In this document: piece after piece, positions 28,158-42,665 of the stretch | Layout of the letters: the number at the start of each line of letters is the position of its first letter | How positions within the stretch are numbered: position 1 is the first letter of the stretch | Origin: an uncultured Candidatus Saccharibacteria bacterium | Lineage (GTDB): Bacteria > Patescibacteriota > Dojkabacteria > GCA-002793355 | Direction: 5' to 3' | Length of the DNA: 64,000 bases | NCBI GenBank assembly: GCA_964525295.1 | Contig: CAZGEO010000001.1 | Location: 376,662-440,661, forward strand | Program-made: the position numbers and the translations under genes | The notes under the pieces: generated by a model | Told to the model about the DNA's origin: nothing | Seen by the model: only the letters and a program-made list of their open reading frames with translations | Database searches by the model: none

Positions 28158-28604
28158 GTGACAAAGACCTACGGAAGGATTGATGAATTTAAATCAAACG
28201 CATTTGAGGCAAGGATACTAACTCCTCCATCGAAAAACGCTGTGTTTTTCTCAAATATAGAAAATTTACGCGCCTGGGTTGATGACACCCTGAACAAAGG
28301 CCCTCTCGCATATGTAACAGGCGGATTTCAAGGTAGTTTTGCACAAATGCAACTTATGTACTTACTTAAAGAATCAAGGTTACCAGTACTTCTTGGTTTA
28401 GAATCTGATGAGTTCATAAGAAGAAAAGGTCGTGAACCAATTTTGATTTTGCAGGAAAGAATAGAATTATGGAAACATATAGCTCCAGATAATTCCGCAA
28501 TTTTTCTTGTCGATGAGCTAATACATGCAAGATTGAATCGATGCTGCGATAAAGACCACTTACTTATTGTAAATTTTGGACTTCACACTTCTGAATATCG
28601 ATAG
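28158..28604 (+). CDS. Cytidylyltransferase-like (nucleotidyltransferase alpha/beta fold) protein with a degenerate HxGH motif
   Basis: SDEFIRRKGREPILILQERIELWKHI aligns with the SDELVRRKGRPP...EERLEL region of TagD/FAD-synthetase-type cytidylyltransferases. At the HxGH position it has GGFQGSFAQMQ instead of GTFDxxHxGH. Confidence 0.4.
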   Translation: MTKTYGRIDEFKSNAFEARILTPPSKNAVFFSNIENLRAWVDDTLNKGPLAYVTGGFQGSFAQMQLMYLLKESRLPVLLGLESDEFIRRKGREPILILQERIELWKHIAPDNSAIFLVDELIHARLNRCCDKDHLLIVNFGLHTSEYR

Positions 28605-28663
28605 ATTTTCATGCAATTTACTGCAGAAAATACTTCGTCTGTAATAAAATGGGCAATAAAAAA

Positions 28664-28779
28664 GCTTGGCAACGACCTATTTTCCCAGGAGAAAAATCCA
28701 AGTATCTTCGGCGCTGGAGTGTTTCACTTCCGAGTTCGGAAAGGGATCGGGTGGGTCCACTCCGCTCTTGTCACCAAGC
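28664..28779 (-). rRNA. rrf: 5S ribosomal RNA (unlinked to the 16S-23S operon)
   Basis: Reverse complement reads GCTTGGTGACAAGAGCGGAGTGGACCCACCCGATCCCTTTCCGAACTCGGAAGTGAAACACTCCAGCGCCGAAGATACTTGG...GTTGCCAAGC. The conserved 5S loop CCGAACTCGGAAGTGAAAC and loop GCGCCGA(A/T)G are present. Helix I closes the 5' and 3' ends. Length is 116 nt. Confidence 0.8.
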
Positions 28780-28920
28780 AATGCATTATAGCACCTGTAT
28801 ATGACCTTTGCAATACCTTTTAGCAAGAATTCTCAAAATTTGCGCCAAAAGTGTTTTTTATCGATAGAATCGACACTATTAAACCTTTTCACCGTCAGCT
28901 TTATCTGAGATAATAGTGAA

Positions 28921-30816
28921 ATGAAGACAAAAACTCTTTTATTTCTCGGTACTGTAGTACTTACTTTATCATGTGCAGCGGTTGCAACACTTTACGTTTT
29001 ACAAAGGAACCATAAACTACCAGAGAATCTAGCGATTTTCCCAATAAATAACTCACCTATGCCAACACCAATACCAACTGAGCCACCATTTACCCTTGGT
29101 AAATTCATAATATTTCCCGAAACTTTTGCCTTTACCGATGCCGATATTAAATTCATAAAAGAACAAGGGTATCATTCGCTTTTGATAGAAACCGAAAATG
29201 ACGAGATTACCGCGAAAGTTAAAGCTCTTTTCCCCGAAACAAAAGTTTACGCCTTAACCAGCAAAGAAACTGCGGGGAACATATCAAAATGTAAAAATCC
29301 CGAACCAGCAGAATCAGGACTGACTGCTAACCAGTCAAGAGAATTCGATTATTACATCTCTAAAGACCAATGCAATAAAAGCAAAAAACTTTCCAATCTT
29401 ATTGAAAACTCTTGCAAGGCTTCTGACAACTCTTGCATCACTTTCATTCAACAAAATCTCCATGAAGACGCATATCTATACTTGCCACAAGCTCCCTTTA
29501 TTACGAGCTTTTCTGCTCCAAGTTTAACTATAGATACTACAACCGGCATTGTCATTCCTCAATGGACAACTCTTTATCCAAACACGAAAATTTCACAAGC
29601 TGCTTATAGTCTTGAGTACAAAGATTTACAGGGAAAACGTATTCACGCGACTGGCAAGATCTCAATGTACAACATGGGAGATTGGTTTATTCCGACCTCA
29701 GATATATCAGCGCAACCCTTAACTGTTCTGCTTCGAATTTGGTACAGTTTTGATGGCGTGACGAGTACTACACCTGAACAGTACACCACAACTTTTGCCT
29801 ATGATAAACCAGCCTGGACACCTTCTGTTACTCCTGTTGTTGGCGTTGAGCAAAGTTCCTGGATTCCTGAATGGGGCATGACCGAAGGGAGAGCCTCTGT
29901 TGTAGCAAATCCTAAGAAATGGAGCACTATTATGCCTGTGTGGTTCGTTCCAAATGCTGATGGCACACTAAACATTAAACCCACGTACAACGATAAAGTA
30001 CTCGTCAAAACACTTCGAGATAACGGCGTTAAATTAGTACCAACGATTTCGCTCTTCGATGCTGACATTTTACGACCAATTCTCCGCGAGCATATGGATA
30101 AACACATCGAAGAAATTGTACGGCAGGTTTCCGCAAACAATTATGATGGCATCGACATTGATTATGAAAGTACCTACCGCGATGATCGCGAACTTCTCAA
30201 TACGTTTCTTCGCAAATTAAAGGCTGAACTTTCACAACGTGGCAAAATCTTGTCATTTACCGTCATGCACAAAATTGATGACCGCAAGATTTATTCATTC
30301 TTACCACAAACACATGAAGCTCAAGATTGGAAAGCAATTGGCGAAATCGTCGATGAATTCAGAATTATGGCTTACGATTTTACCGGCCAAGGCAGCTTAC
30401 AACCCGGTCCAATTTCCCCATATATGTGGAATGAAGCGCTTATTCGTTATGCCGTGCAAAATGTTCCGAAAGAAAAGGTAATACTCGCGTTACCACTCTA
30501 TTCACATGCCTGGCCAAAGCCAAAGAACGGAAATTTGGCTGGAGAAAACAACGATCAAAACCTCTATTCAGGATTATTAAAAAACACCCTTTCCTGGCAA
30601 CATAAAACCATTGCATACGTAAAGAAGAACAGTTCCTACTACAGAGAAACCTACGATAACTGGAATCAAGAGGTGCGTGTCGAGCTAAAGTATAACGGAG
30701 TTGAACGGGTAATGTATTACCTTGATAAACGAGCTATCGACGCACGAATTGAATTAGCAAAAAAATATGGAATTAAGGGAGTTTGCTATTGGAGAATTGG
30801 AGACGAGATATTGTAA
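28921..30816 (+). CDS. Secreted glycoside hydrolase family 18-like protein
   Basis: It has an N-terminal signal/TM. The GH18 catalytic motif is DGIDIDYE (the DxxDxDxE consensus). The C-terminal half is a TIM-barrel-like region. Confidence 0.6.
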   Translation: MKTKTLLFLGTVVLTLSCAAVATLYVLQRNHKLPENLAIFPINNSPMPTPIPTEPPFTLGKFIIFPETFAFTDADIKFIKEQGYHSLLIETENDEITAKVKALFPETKVYALTSKETAGNISKCKNPEPAESGLTANQSREFDYYISKDQCNKSKKLSNLIENSCKASDNSCITFIQQNLHEDAYLYLPQAPFITSFSAPSLTIDTTTGIVIPQWTTLYPNTKISQAAYSLEYKDLQGKRIHATGKISMYNMGDWFIPTSDISAQPLTVLLRIWYSFDGVTSTTPEQYTTTFAYDKPAWTPSVTPVVGVEQSSWIPEWGMTEGRASVVANPKKWSTIMPVWFVPNADGTLNIKPTYNDKVLVKTLRDNGVKLVPTISLFDADILRPILREHMDKHIEEIVRQVSANNYDGIDIDYESTYRDDRELLNTFLRKLKAELSQRGKILSFTVMHKIDDRKIYSFLPQTHEAQDWKAIGEIVDEFRIMAYDFTGQGSLQPGPISPYMWNEALIRYAVQNVPKEKVILALPLYSHAWPKPKNGNLAGENNDQNLYSGLLKNTLSWQHKTIAYVKKNSSYYRETYDNWNQEVRVELKYNGVERVMYYLDKRAIDARIELAKKYGIKGVCYWRIGDEIL

Positions 30817-30932
30817 TTTTAATAATTAATAGTTAATAGGTAATTCTCTCTGTCTGTTAGTTTGTTAATTCGGTAGTTTATTAGCTTGTAGAAACTATAA
30901 TTCACCAATGCGATGGTGCAACTAAGTTGCAA

Positions 30933-31652
30933 TTAGAAGTTGGCTGGGAAGCGCTTTCTTTCGACTACCTTGACTGAACCATCCCAATTATTGATTAAAT
31001 CGATGTCTTCAAGAAATGATTCAAAGCTCTCGAAATGATTTGTTACTTTATTCTTAAATTCTGATTCTTTTATCCACTCGAAATCACCTTCATCGTTTCC
31101 CTGCAAATTCCCCGTTGGATTCATTACTCGGAAGAGAAACATGAATTTATCTTCAATAATATCATTCGTTTCTTGTGAGTAATTCACATAATGGCGAATT
31201 TGTAATAGTTCTGGCTTTCCCGATAAACCAGTTTCTTCGAGTAATTCACGCGTTGCACCATCCTGTAGCATTTCTCCGTACCCGAGTTTGCCAGCGAGAA
31301 AGCCTTGCGCGCCATAAAAGGGGTTCTTTTTCCTAGTGTAAATGAGATACTGCTTAACGCCGTCGACGATACGAACAGGTGCAATCCAAACAGACAATTT
31401 TGCCTGCAACAGTACCTTTTTCGTCTCTGATTCAATACGATTGCAATATTCTTTACCTTGCAGGGACAATTTATACAACTCGTTTATTTTCTCGATCAAG
31501 CCAAGCTGTAGCAATTGCTTCAAATGGAAGTTAAATTGGTTGTTTTCAATGTTTGGCTGCGGACGCAACGCTGCGTGCCTGAGACCGTTTGAAAAGTTCA
31601 ACTTAACGAGAATTTCTCGCTGTAATTCGTGTAATTGTGGGAGTACGTTCAT
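30933..31652 (-). CDS. NUDIX hydrolase with N-terminal wHTH-like domain
   Basis: Nudix box is GKLGYGEMLQDGATRELLEETGL. Confidence 0.75.
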   Translation of the reverse strand: MNVLPQLHELQREILVKLNFSNGLRHAALRPQPNIENNQFNFHLKQLLQLGLIEKINELYKLSLQGKEYCNRIESETKKVLLQAKLSVWIAPVRIVDGVKQYLIYTRKKNPFYGAQGFLAGKLGYGEMLQDGATRELLEETGLSGKPELLQIRHYVNYSQETNDIIEDKFMFLFRVMNPTGNLQGNDEGDFEWIKESEFKNKVTNHFESFESFLEDIDLINNWDGSVKVVERKRFPANF

Positions 31653-31727
31653 ATTTCATTTCGCCAACTTATGTATTGTCGTTATGCATAACTAACCAAT
31701 TGTAGCGTGAATGATGGGAAAAACTAG

Positions 31728-32255
31728 TCAAACGGAGTGGACTAACAGATCCGCCTTATTTTGTGGCGCAAAGCCAGAAATATAACGTGCCTCAGCTTCT
31801 TGCCATTTTCTCGTTGACAATCGAATTACATCAGGCGATATCTCTACTCTTTCTGTGATTTCTCGCTTATTTAAACGGTCTGCAGCCGCGCTTGCAGAAC
31901 ATTCCAACCAGATTGCAAAGTAATTATTGATTTTTCGAAGATTCTTTAAAGCAAAACAACCTTCAAGAACAACAAATTGACCGGGTAATTTTGAGATTTC
32001 ACTTAACAGTACGTCTTCATCAAAACTTCTCTTTTCAAATTGTATTTCGAACTTCTTTTCGACATTGTACGCAGAAAACATGTCGCCCGATTGATTTTGA
32101 TATGCATCTAGACTGAAAAGCCTCCCTTTTAACACTGACGCCAGCTGAAGAGCAAACGTCGTCTTTCCACTACCGCCACGGCCGTCAATTACGACAATCT
32201 GACAATTTGATTGTTTAATTTTGGCTACAACTTCATTTAACGATGGTGTGAACAC
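31728..32255 (-). CDS. P-loop NTPase, putative nucleoside/nucleotide kinase
   Basis: The Walker A motif is VVIDGRGGSGKTTFA. The 175-aa size is typical of a kinase. Confidence 0.55.
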   Translation of the reverse strand: MFTPSLNEVVAKIKQSNCQIVVIDGRGGSGKTTFALQLASVLKGRLFSLDAYQNQSGDMFSAYNVEKKFEIQFEKRSFDEDVLLSEISKLPGQFVVLEGCFALKNLRKINNYFAIWLECSASAAADRLNKREITERVEISPDVIRLSTRKWQEAEARYISGFAPQNKADLLVHSV

Positions 32256-32332
32256 AAAGAATTATAGCAAAACCGCTCATTTATTACTTCTTACTTTTAT
32301 TTACTAACTATTGAATATTAAAACTGCGGTTT

Positions 32333-32361
32333 TTGACATGTAATAGCGTATTGTGTATAAT
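32333..32361 (+). promoter_or_regulatory. Sigma-70-type promoter TTGACA-17-TATAAT. The -10 ends 6 nt before the ATG, so the mRNA is probably leaderless.
   Basis: TTGACA is at 32333-32338. A 17-nt spacer follows. TATAAT is at 32356-32361. ATG is at 32368. Confidence 0.45.
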
Positions 32362-32367
32362 CGCGAC

Positions 32368-33774
32368 ATGTTGTCACTACTCGATACTGCAAAGAAACTA
32401 GGCATTAACAAACGAACGATCCTTAGAGAAGTTCATCGAGGGAACCTTAAAGCATCTAAAGTTGGGAATAAATTCGTTATCGACGAAACTTCTTTAGACG
32501 CATATCTCAATCAAAAGACTGCAAAGTTCCAACCTTCAAAAGCCATAAATGTCGCTCTTACCGAATTTATTAACGCAAAACGGAGCGAAATGTTCTTTCA
32601 ACTGCAACGAATGGTATCAACTTCTTCCGTTACTGAACAAGATAACGAAGAGGTCTTTGCTCAATATATCGGTGAAATCCTAAAGCAGAATAAATTACGC
32701 CACAAAATCGTTGGTAAACACGACAGTGCTTCAGTTCATGCCTCATATGGCACAACTGAAAAAGGTTTGCTCTTCGACTGCCCTCTTGATACTGTTTCAA
32801 TAGGCAATCCTGAGCGCTGGACCTACCCTCCTTTTGATGGAATTGTTCATAACGGTAAAATGTATGGCCGAGGCACTGCGGACTGTAAAGCGGGCATTGT
32901 AGCCATGATCTATGCCCTTATTGCACTAAAGCATTTCATTCCTGAAGAAAAGTTACGTATTGAACTGGTTTTTGACGGTGGTGAACAAACTGGCGAGTAT
33001 CTTGGAATGCGCGAAATTCTGAAGACAGCGCTGAAAGTAGATGCCGGAATTATTGGATACGGTGGAGATCAAACCGAGGTCGGCATCGGTGCACGTGGAT
33101 ATCACCGCTATAAACTGACTGTTCACGGGCAAGCAGTTCATACAGGCAGCAGGACCAGAAACGGGGTCAATGCAATTCAACACATGGCTCAGATACTCAA
33201 TGAATTTCAAAAAAATCCTTTCGGTTCGGCTAAAAATCCCAAATACTTTGATTTCGGTTCAAAAATGACCGTTGCACAAATCAATGGAGGAACGGCAATC
33301 AACTTGGTGCCAGATAAATGCGAAATTTTACTCGATTTCAGAACTACACCAGATCAAACGGTAATTGATACGAAACAGTACCTAGAAACAGCAATTACAC
33401 GAGTTGAAAATGAAAATAATGAGAAATATTCCTATAATATCGAGTATATTACGGGGCGCGAAGGATACGTTGTGAGCGAAGCAGATCAACTTCTAACATC
33501 CTTTGAAACTTCGTATAAGAACTACTACGGTAAAGAAATTACTCGAGTCGTTCACGGTGCATCTCATATTGGGGCACTCTTTAACGAAACGCAAATCCCA
33601 GTTCTCGTCTGGGGACCACAGGGTGAAAACTCTCATGCTTACGATGAATTTGTTGTACTCGACTCTATTCCACAAACCGCGATTACCTACGCGCTTACCG
33701 CATTAAAATTCTTTGGCATTGATGAAAACACAATGGTCGATAAAGGTTCACAAATTGCATATGAACATTCTTGA
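32368..33774 (+). CDS. Excisionase/MerR-type HTH domain fused to M20 family peptidase (ArgE/DapE-like)
   Basis: N-terminal MLSLLDTAKKLGINKRTILREVHRGNLKASKVGNKFVI is an HTH_17-like excisionase fold. The M20 metal-binding signature GRGTADCKAG and the dimerisation-domain pattern are present. The start is moved from the track GTG (32353), which lies inside the -10 box, to ATG 32368. Confidence 0.7.
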   Translation: MLSLLDTAKKLGINKRTILREVHRGNLKASKVGNKFVIDETSLDAYLNQKTAKFQPSKAINVALTEFINAKRSEMFFQLQRMVSTSSVTEQDNEEVFAQYIGEILKQNKLRHKIVGKHDSASVHASYGTTEKGLLFDCPLDTVSIGNPERWTYPPFDGIVHNGKMYGRGTADCKAGIVAMIYALIALKHFIPEEKLRIELVFDGGEQTGEYLGMREILKTALKVDAGIIGYGGDQTEVGIGARGYHRYKLTVHGQAVHTGSRTRNGVNAIQHMAQILNEFQKNPFGSAKNPKYFDFGSKMTVAQINGGTAINLVPDKCEILLDFRTTPDQTVIDTKQYLETAITRVENENNEKYSYNIEYITGREGYVVSEADQLLTSFETSYKNYYGKEITRVVHGASHIGALFNETQIPVLVWGPQGENSHAYDEFVVLDSIPQTAITYALTALKFFGIDENTMVDKGSQIAYEHS

Positions 33775-34131
33775 CATAGGTGGATCTCGTAATATTGCGA
33801 AAAATCAGACTGAAAAAAATACTACAAACGATAAAACCTGTTTACAAGCCAGGTCTAGAACAAACCAACTACCGTCATTAGGTTCTTATATTGCACTTAC
33901 TTTCAATCCGATCAGAGACGTATACCTCTTTTATGCTGCCAAATGGGTTCATTCTTCTATGAAACACAAGGATTTAAAAAAACACTTTCTATCGTAGTTA
34001 CTGTTACTTCCTACTATTTCGTCGCGTTCGGGTGTATACCGAATTTTCCGATTTTCTGCCAATGACATATGATTTTAGTAACGAAATTACCATTGATTTC
34101 GATTATTGCTGATATATATAACGAAAAGTCG

Positions 34132-34153
34132 TAAAAAAACGCGCGAATGCGCA
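34132..34153 (-). terminator. Candidate intrinsic terminator ~180 nt downstream of the 23S 3' end
   Basis: Minus strand reads CTGCGCATTCGCGCGTTTTTTT. This gives a short GC stem, GCGC-ATTC-GCGC, followed by T7. The stem is weak. Confidence 0.3.
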
Positions 34154-34334
34154 GAAAAATAAGCGTAGAACGGTGATTCCTGCTGCGAAGCAAAATTTAA
34201 TAGGTAATAATTATTACCCATTAAGTATTAACAAAACACGACAATAACAGTGTTTTGAAATTTTTATGTTTGGATATTGGAGTATTTAAACATTTAAGTA
34301 CTCTAATAATTGAACAGGTTTTGTGACAAAACAA

Positions 34335-37490
<3,156 letters not shown>

Positions 37491-37995
37491 ATTATCAAAG
37501 TACTTAAAGTGTTTTTGGCTCTCGCCGACTTCATTTCTAAAAGAAAGAAGTACACTTTCAATCCTGTAAAAGAATTGTGAGTTCTCTTTTGAGAAAACTC
37601 AATTATTCCTTCACTTTTACCTACTTTAAACGAGCGTAAGCAGATTGTATCAAAGTTTTTTTTGGGATGCAATAGGTCACCGTCTAATTGGTGATTGATC
37701 CTTATTAATAGTTTAATAGTTAATATGTAATAACCTATTCAGAATTACCTATTAATTATTAAAGTTCTCTCTTACGAGGTGTGTTTGTTTTTATGTAGTT
37801 TCGAGTTTTCATCTTGCGATGCTTTACCTCGAATTTTTGATAATGCCCCTTTTTCCCATTGTCTTAAAAGACACATGGACCTGAGGGGAATAGTCGCACA
37901 TTGAATTTCTCAATGAGCTTCTATTGCTCCCGCAATCGAACCTTCGCTGGATGGTCCGATTCACTTTTCAGCACTTCACTGTTTAAACAGCGAAG

Positions 37996-38068
37996 TGGAC
38001 CTGAGGGGAATCGAACCCCTGACAACTCGCATGCAAAGCGAGTGCTCTGCCAGCTGAGCTACAGGCCC
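37996..38068 (-). tRNA. tRNA-Ala (anticodon TGC) in the 16S-23S spacer
   Basis: Reverse complement reads GGGCCTGTAGCTCAGCTGGCAGAGCACTCGCTTTGCATGCGAG...GGTTCGATTCCCCTCAGGTCCA. The anticodon loop is TT-TGC-AT. Confidence 0.9.
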
Positions 38069-38085
38069 GGGTCCAATAGATACAA

Positions 38086-38157
38086 TGGGCATGCCTGGTT
38101 TCGAACCAGGGACCACTGCATTATCAGTACAGTGCTCTACCACTGAGCTACATGCCC
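38086..38157 (-). tRNA. tRNA-Ile (anticodon GAT) in the 16S-23S spacer
   Basis: Reverse complement reads GGGCATGTAGCTCAGTGGTAGAGCACTGTACTGATAATGCAG...GGTTCGAAACCAGGCATGCCCA. The anticodon loop is CT-GAT-AA. Confidence 0.9.
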
Positions 38158-38200
38158 CTTAACAACCATGGTGTGGCGAGAAGACCGCTCTATCTCCTAA

Positions 38201-39748
<1,548 letters not shown>

Positions 39749-40016
39749 AAGGAGTCATTGACTCAGATCGAAGCTGCGATGCTATTAATTATCGCGTTTT
39801 CGATTTATTGTTTGTAGTTTAGTACTACTATTTTTGAATTGGTGCGGTTTCCCGCCACACCTCGATTGTTAAGGAGCAACCTTTCGGTTAATGTTCGAAA
39901 TTGTAGCACAAACGAATCTAATGTCAATCTCTACTATTATCCTGGGGTTCAAACTCTTCACTTTTGTTATAAGAGCAGTTGAAGTATACACCACCACAAC
40001 TCCCGTGTCAAATCAG

Positions 40017-42665
40017 CTACCCTGCCGTTTTAATTACTCGAAGCAAAAGATCTTTACTAATCGATCTTATGGGCTCATTCCCCTTGTTTGGCGCAATCAA
40101 CAACTCCTCAACTTGAGTATCATCAAAGAGCAACGCATATCTGTCATCCATAATTTTTAGTATAAATTCTCTATTTTCAACAACAAAAGCATATTCACCA
40201 GCATTATTTGTATACGTTGAATACTGTAGTGTCTTAAATTCAGGCTCATAAAGCCCAATTTGCACACCTTTAACCAAATTGCCATTAACTGTTTTAACAA
40301 TCCCTGTTACTTTTCCTTTATTAATGAGTACGTTTTTAACAACGATTACTGCCAAAGGCAACATAAATAGAAGTGTGTTTATAAATGTTGGAGAATAAAT
40401 CAGTACAATCGCTGAATATATAAAAAGCACTACATACACAGTATCTGCAAAGTATTCGACCACAAGACTCCAAAAACTACCGGCAATACTCAAGAACTTT
40501 TGCAAACCACCCACCTCAACTGGATCAATCGGAATCGAACAAACGACTGCACCTTTTACCTGCGCATCAATTTCTTCTCCTTTATATATCTTTTGGTATG
40601 CACCGTCAGTTTCAGTCAGAATTACTTTCGTTGGAAATTCATAACCTGCACGCTGCGCAAGAATTTTTATTTTCTTTTCGGTTTGAGTTAATTGAAAAAC
40701 ACCACGAGAATCAGTTACCAATGTACGCAAGAGCGATCCAGTTTCTGCATCATGAACACGTAATATTGCGCGAGCTACAGGATTTTTCGTTACCGAATCA
40801 TAGACAATCCCTGCAAGTCCTTGCTTACGTTTTTGCGTAGACAATGCAGCCATAAGCAAAGATCCCCAGAAATCGAACCCTGAAACAACAGCGAGGGTAA
40901 CAACCGCGAACCCACCACCCTCAATAAATGAACCGAATGCAGCCCCTTCTGAGCCAGAGTCATTTCCGGAAGAATCAATGTTTGTTGGAATCAACTGCCC
41001 GACAATCGGTAAAACGGATATTACATCAATAAAGTTATCTACAATAGAATCACCACCACCAGGTATAGAAGGGAATGCTGTAAGCGTAGGATTAATAGTT
41101 GCAGTCGCAGTTGGCGTTCCTGTACCCGTAGTTGTTACTGTACCAGTAACAGTAGTTGTTGGTGTTGCCGAAATTGACGGCGTTGCGGTTGCAGTAATAG
41201 TTAGCGTTGGCGTTGCAGTCACAGTAACGCTTGGTGTCGGCGTATCGGTTGGGGTATCGGTTGGCGTTGCAGTCGGTGTAGCAGTTGTAGTGGGAGTCGT
41301 TGTTGGCGTAGCTGTAGGAGTTGGAGTAACACCACCACTATCATCGAGATAGAAAACGCGAGCGTAGCGAGCGGAAGTTTCTCGATCAATAAATGAAATT
41401 ACTATATCGGTATCGACATGTTGAATCAAAACATTCTGCAAAATATTATCTGCAACCAAATCATCACCGACTTGTGACCACAAATTATTATTTGGATTAT
41501 ATTCATATACTGATGCAGTTGTTCCTCTATCAAGAATTGCCAGGTAACCACTAGCTCCATACTTAATTATTTGCGCACCATCTGCAGCAGGCAAGTCTTG
41601 CCCTCTTTGCACCCACCCACCGCCAGTATATTCATGCACATAGGTCTCAGCACTCGTGCTTGAAATTAGCACAATATTATTGTCATTATTAATAACTTGA
41701 GCATAATGATTGGCACTGCCAACTGGATATGAATAAGCAAGCGACATACCACCTGTTGTTGTTGTTGAGAAGATTCCATCGGAACGCAACAGGTAGAGAT
41801 TGCTATCATGATAAAAGAGAGCACTTGGACCAGAAATAATATTTACGCCAATTCCAGGCATACGAGAATAACCTCTTGCTAAAAGCGTACCAGTAGGTGA
41901 AATTGTGTTGAATGTAAAATATTCAGGAGCTTCAAGAGTGAATACGAAAGGATCAGTTGATATGACATTATAATCCTCAGATTGAACACCTTCTACAGTC
42001 AAGTAATTACCGTCAGAGAGACAAATAGACGCATTTGAATAAAAGGGAATATGTATAATGTCCGGATACGAGGGAATTTCCGTAGGATATGCAGGTGTTT
42101 CATAATAAGAATACGTAGATGTCATGACCCCTGATGAGATCCTTGCGGCAGCAAGTCTTGTAATAGGAATATTCGAACGCACAAGAGGAGAAGAACCAAA
42201 TTCATCGAAAATTAAGGAATAATTTCTACCAACCACAAAAACATCATTATTACTGCATGTTATCAAATTCGCTGGGAAATAATTCTCTACAGGCAAAATC
42301 CTATTTGCCAAAAGTTCATGTTGCGTAGACCTTATTTCATTTGCTGCATAACGCCTATCGTTGACCGCAGTGGCATTCGTATACAATAGATCAAACTGTT
42401 TCGTTACCTGATTAAATCTGTAATAGCTATCACTAGAATCTTGATACATGACAACATCATTATTTCCGTCCTTACCAATAAGTGGCACGAAATTGCCCCC
42501 GACACTAATTTCAGTCCATTCAGTAGTCGTTGTGCCTTTAACTTCAGACTTTTCATTCACTTCCTTCGATTGAGGAATATAGGAATTTTGCGATAACAAA
42601 ACGACCGCAGGCAAAAGGAGCAAAATCAAACTGACAAAAAAATATTGTTTTATCTGTGCAATCAT
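40017..42665 (-). CDS. Secreted 882-aa surface protein. It has an N-terminal signal peptide, a beta-rich domain, a Pro/Thr linker and a C-terminal beta-sandwich/2-TM anchor module paralogous to that of the giant protein.
   Basis: The signal peptide is MIAQIKQYFFVSLILLLLPAVVLLS. The PT-rich linker is (TPT)n. The C-terminal segments GIVYDSVTKNPVARAILRVHDAETGSLLRTLVTDSRGVFQL and TGIVKTVNGNLVKGVQIGLYEPEFK...YAFVV align with the C-terminus of the 4318-aa protein. The start overlaps the stop of the upstream 1499-aa gene (ATGA). Confidence 0.8.
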   Translation of the reverse strand: MIAQIKQYFFVSLILLLLPAVVLLSQNSYIPQSKEVNEKSEVKGTTTTEWTEISVGGNFVPLIGKDGNNDVVMYQDSSDSYYRFNQVTKQFDLLYTNATAVNDRRYAANEIRSTQHELLANRILPVENYFPANLITCSNNDVFVVGRNYSLIFDEFGSSPLVRSNIPITRLAAARISSGVMTSTYSYYETPAYPTEIPSYPDIIHIPFYSNASICLSDGNYLTVEGVQSEDYNVISTDPFVFTLEAPEYFTFNTISPTGTLLARGYSRMPGIGVNIISGPSALFYHDSNLYLLRSDGIFSTTTTGGMSLAYSYPVGSANHYAQVINNDNNIVLISSTSAETYVHEYTGGGWVQRGQDLPAADGAQIIKYGASGYLAILDRGTTASVYEYNPNNNLWSQVGDDLVADNILQNVLIQHVDTDIVISFIDRETSARYARVFYLDDSGGVTPTPTATPTTTPTTTATPTATPTDTPTDTPTPSVTVTATPTLTITATATPSISATPTTTVTGTVTTTGTGTPTATATINPTLTAFPSIPGGGDSIVDNFIDVISVLPIVGQLIPTNIDSSGNDSGSEGAAFGSFIEGGGFAVVTLAVVSGFDFWGSLLMAALSTQKRKQGLAGIVYDSVTKNPVARAILRVHDAETGSLLRTLVTDSRGVFQLTQTEKKIKILAQRAGYEFPTKVILTETDGAYQKIYKGEEIDAQVKGAVVCSIPIDPVEVGGLQKFLSIAGSFWSLVVEYFADTVYVVLFIYSAIVLIYSPTFINTLLFMLPLAVIVVKNVLINKGKVTGIVKTVNGNLVKGVQIGLYEPEFKTLQYSTYTNNAGEYAFVVENREFILKIMDDRYALLFDDTQVEELLIAPNKGNEPIRSISKDLLLRVIKTAG
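41080..41345 (-). repeat. Low-complexity Pro/Thr-linker coding repeats (GTNGGNGTNGC-type triplet periodicity)
   Basis: Plus-strand repeats of gttggcgttgcagtc / ggtgtcggcgtatcggttggggtatcggttggcgttgcagtcggtgtagca encode the (T/A)PT linker on the minus strand. Confidence 0.7.

Noticed and set aside
28611-28823. 70-aa plus-strand ORF
   Set aside because: It overlaps a well-formed 5S rRNA gene on the opposite strand at 28664-28779. The 5S has a much stronger signature.
32353-32367. GTG start proposed by the ORF track for the HTH-M20 gene
   Set aside because: GTGTATAAT at 32353-32361 is the -10 hexamer of a near-consensus promoter. ATG at 32368 is the likelier start.
33775-34334. Searched for a 5S rRNA or an extra tRNA downstream of 23S
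   Set aside because: No 5S-like loop (CCGAAC...GAAGTGAAAC) or cloverleaf was found. Only AT-rich sequence and a weak GC hairpin with a T7 run at 34132-34153 are present.
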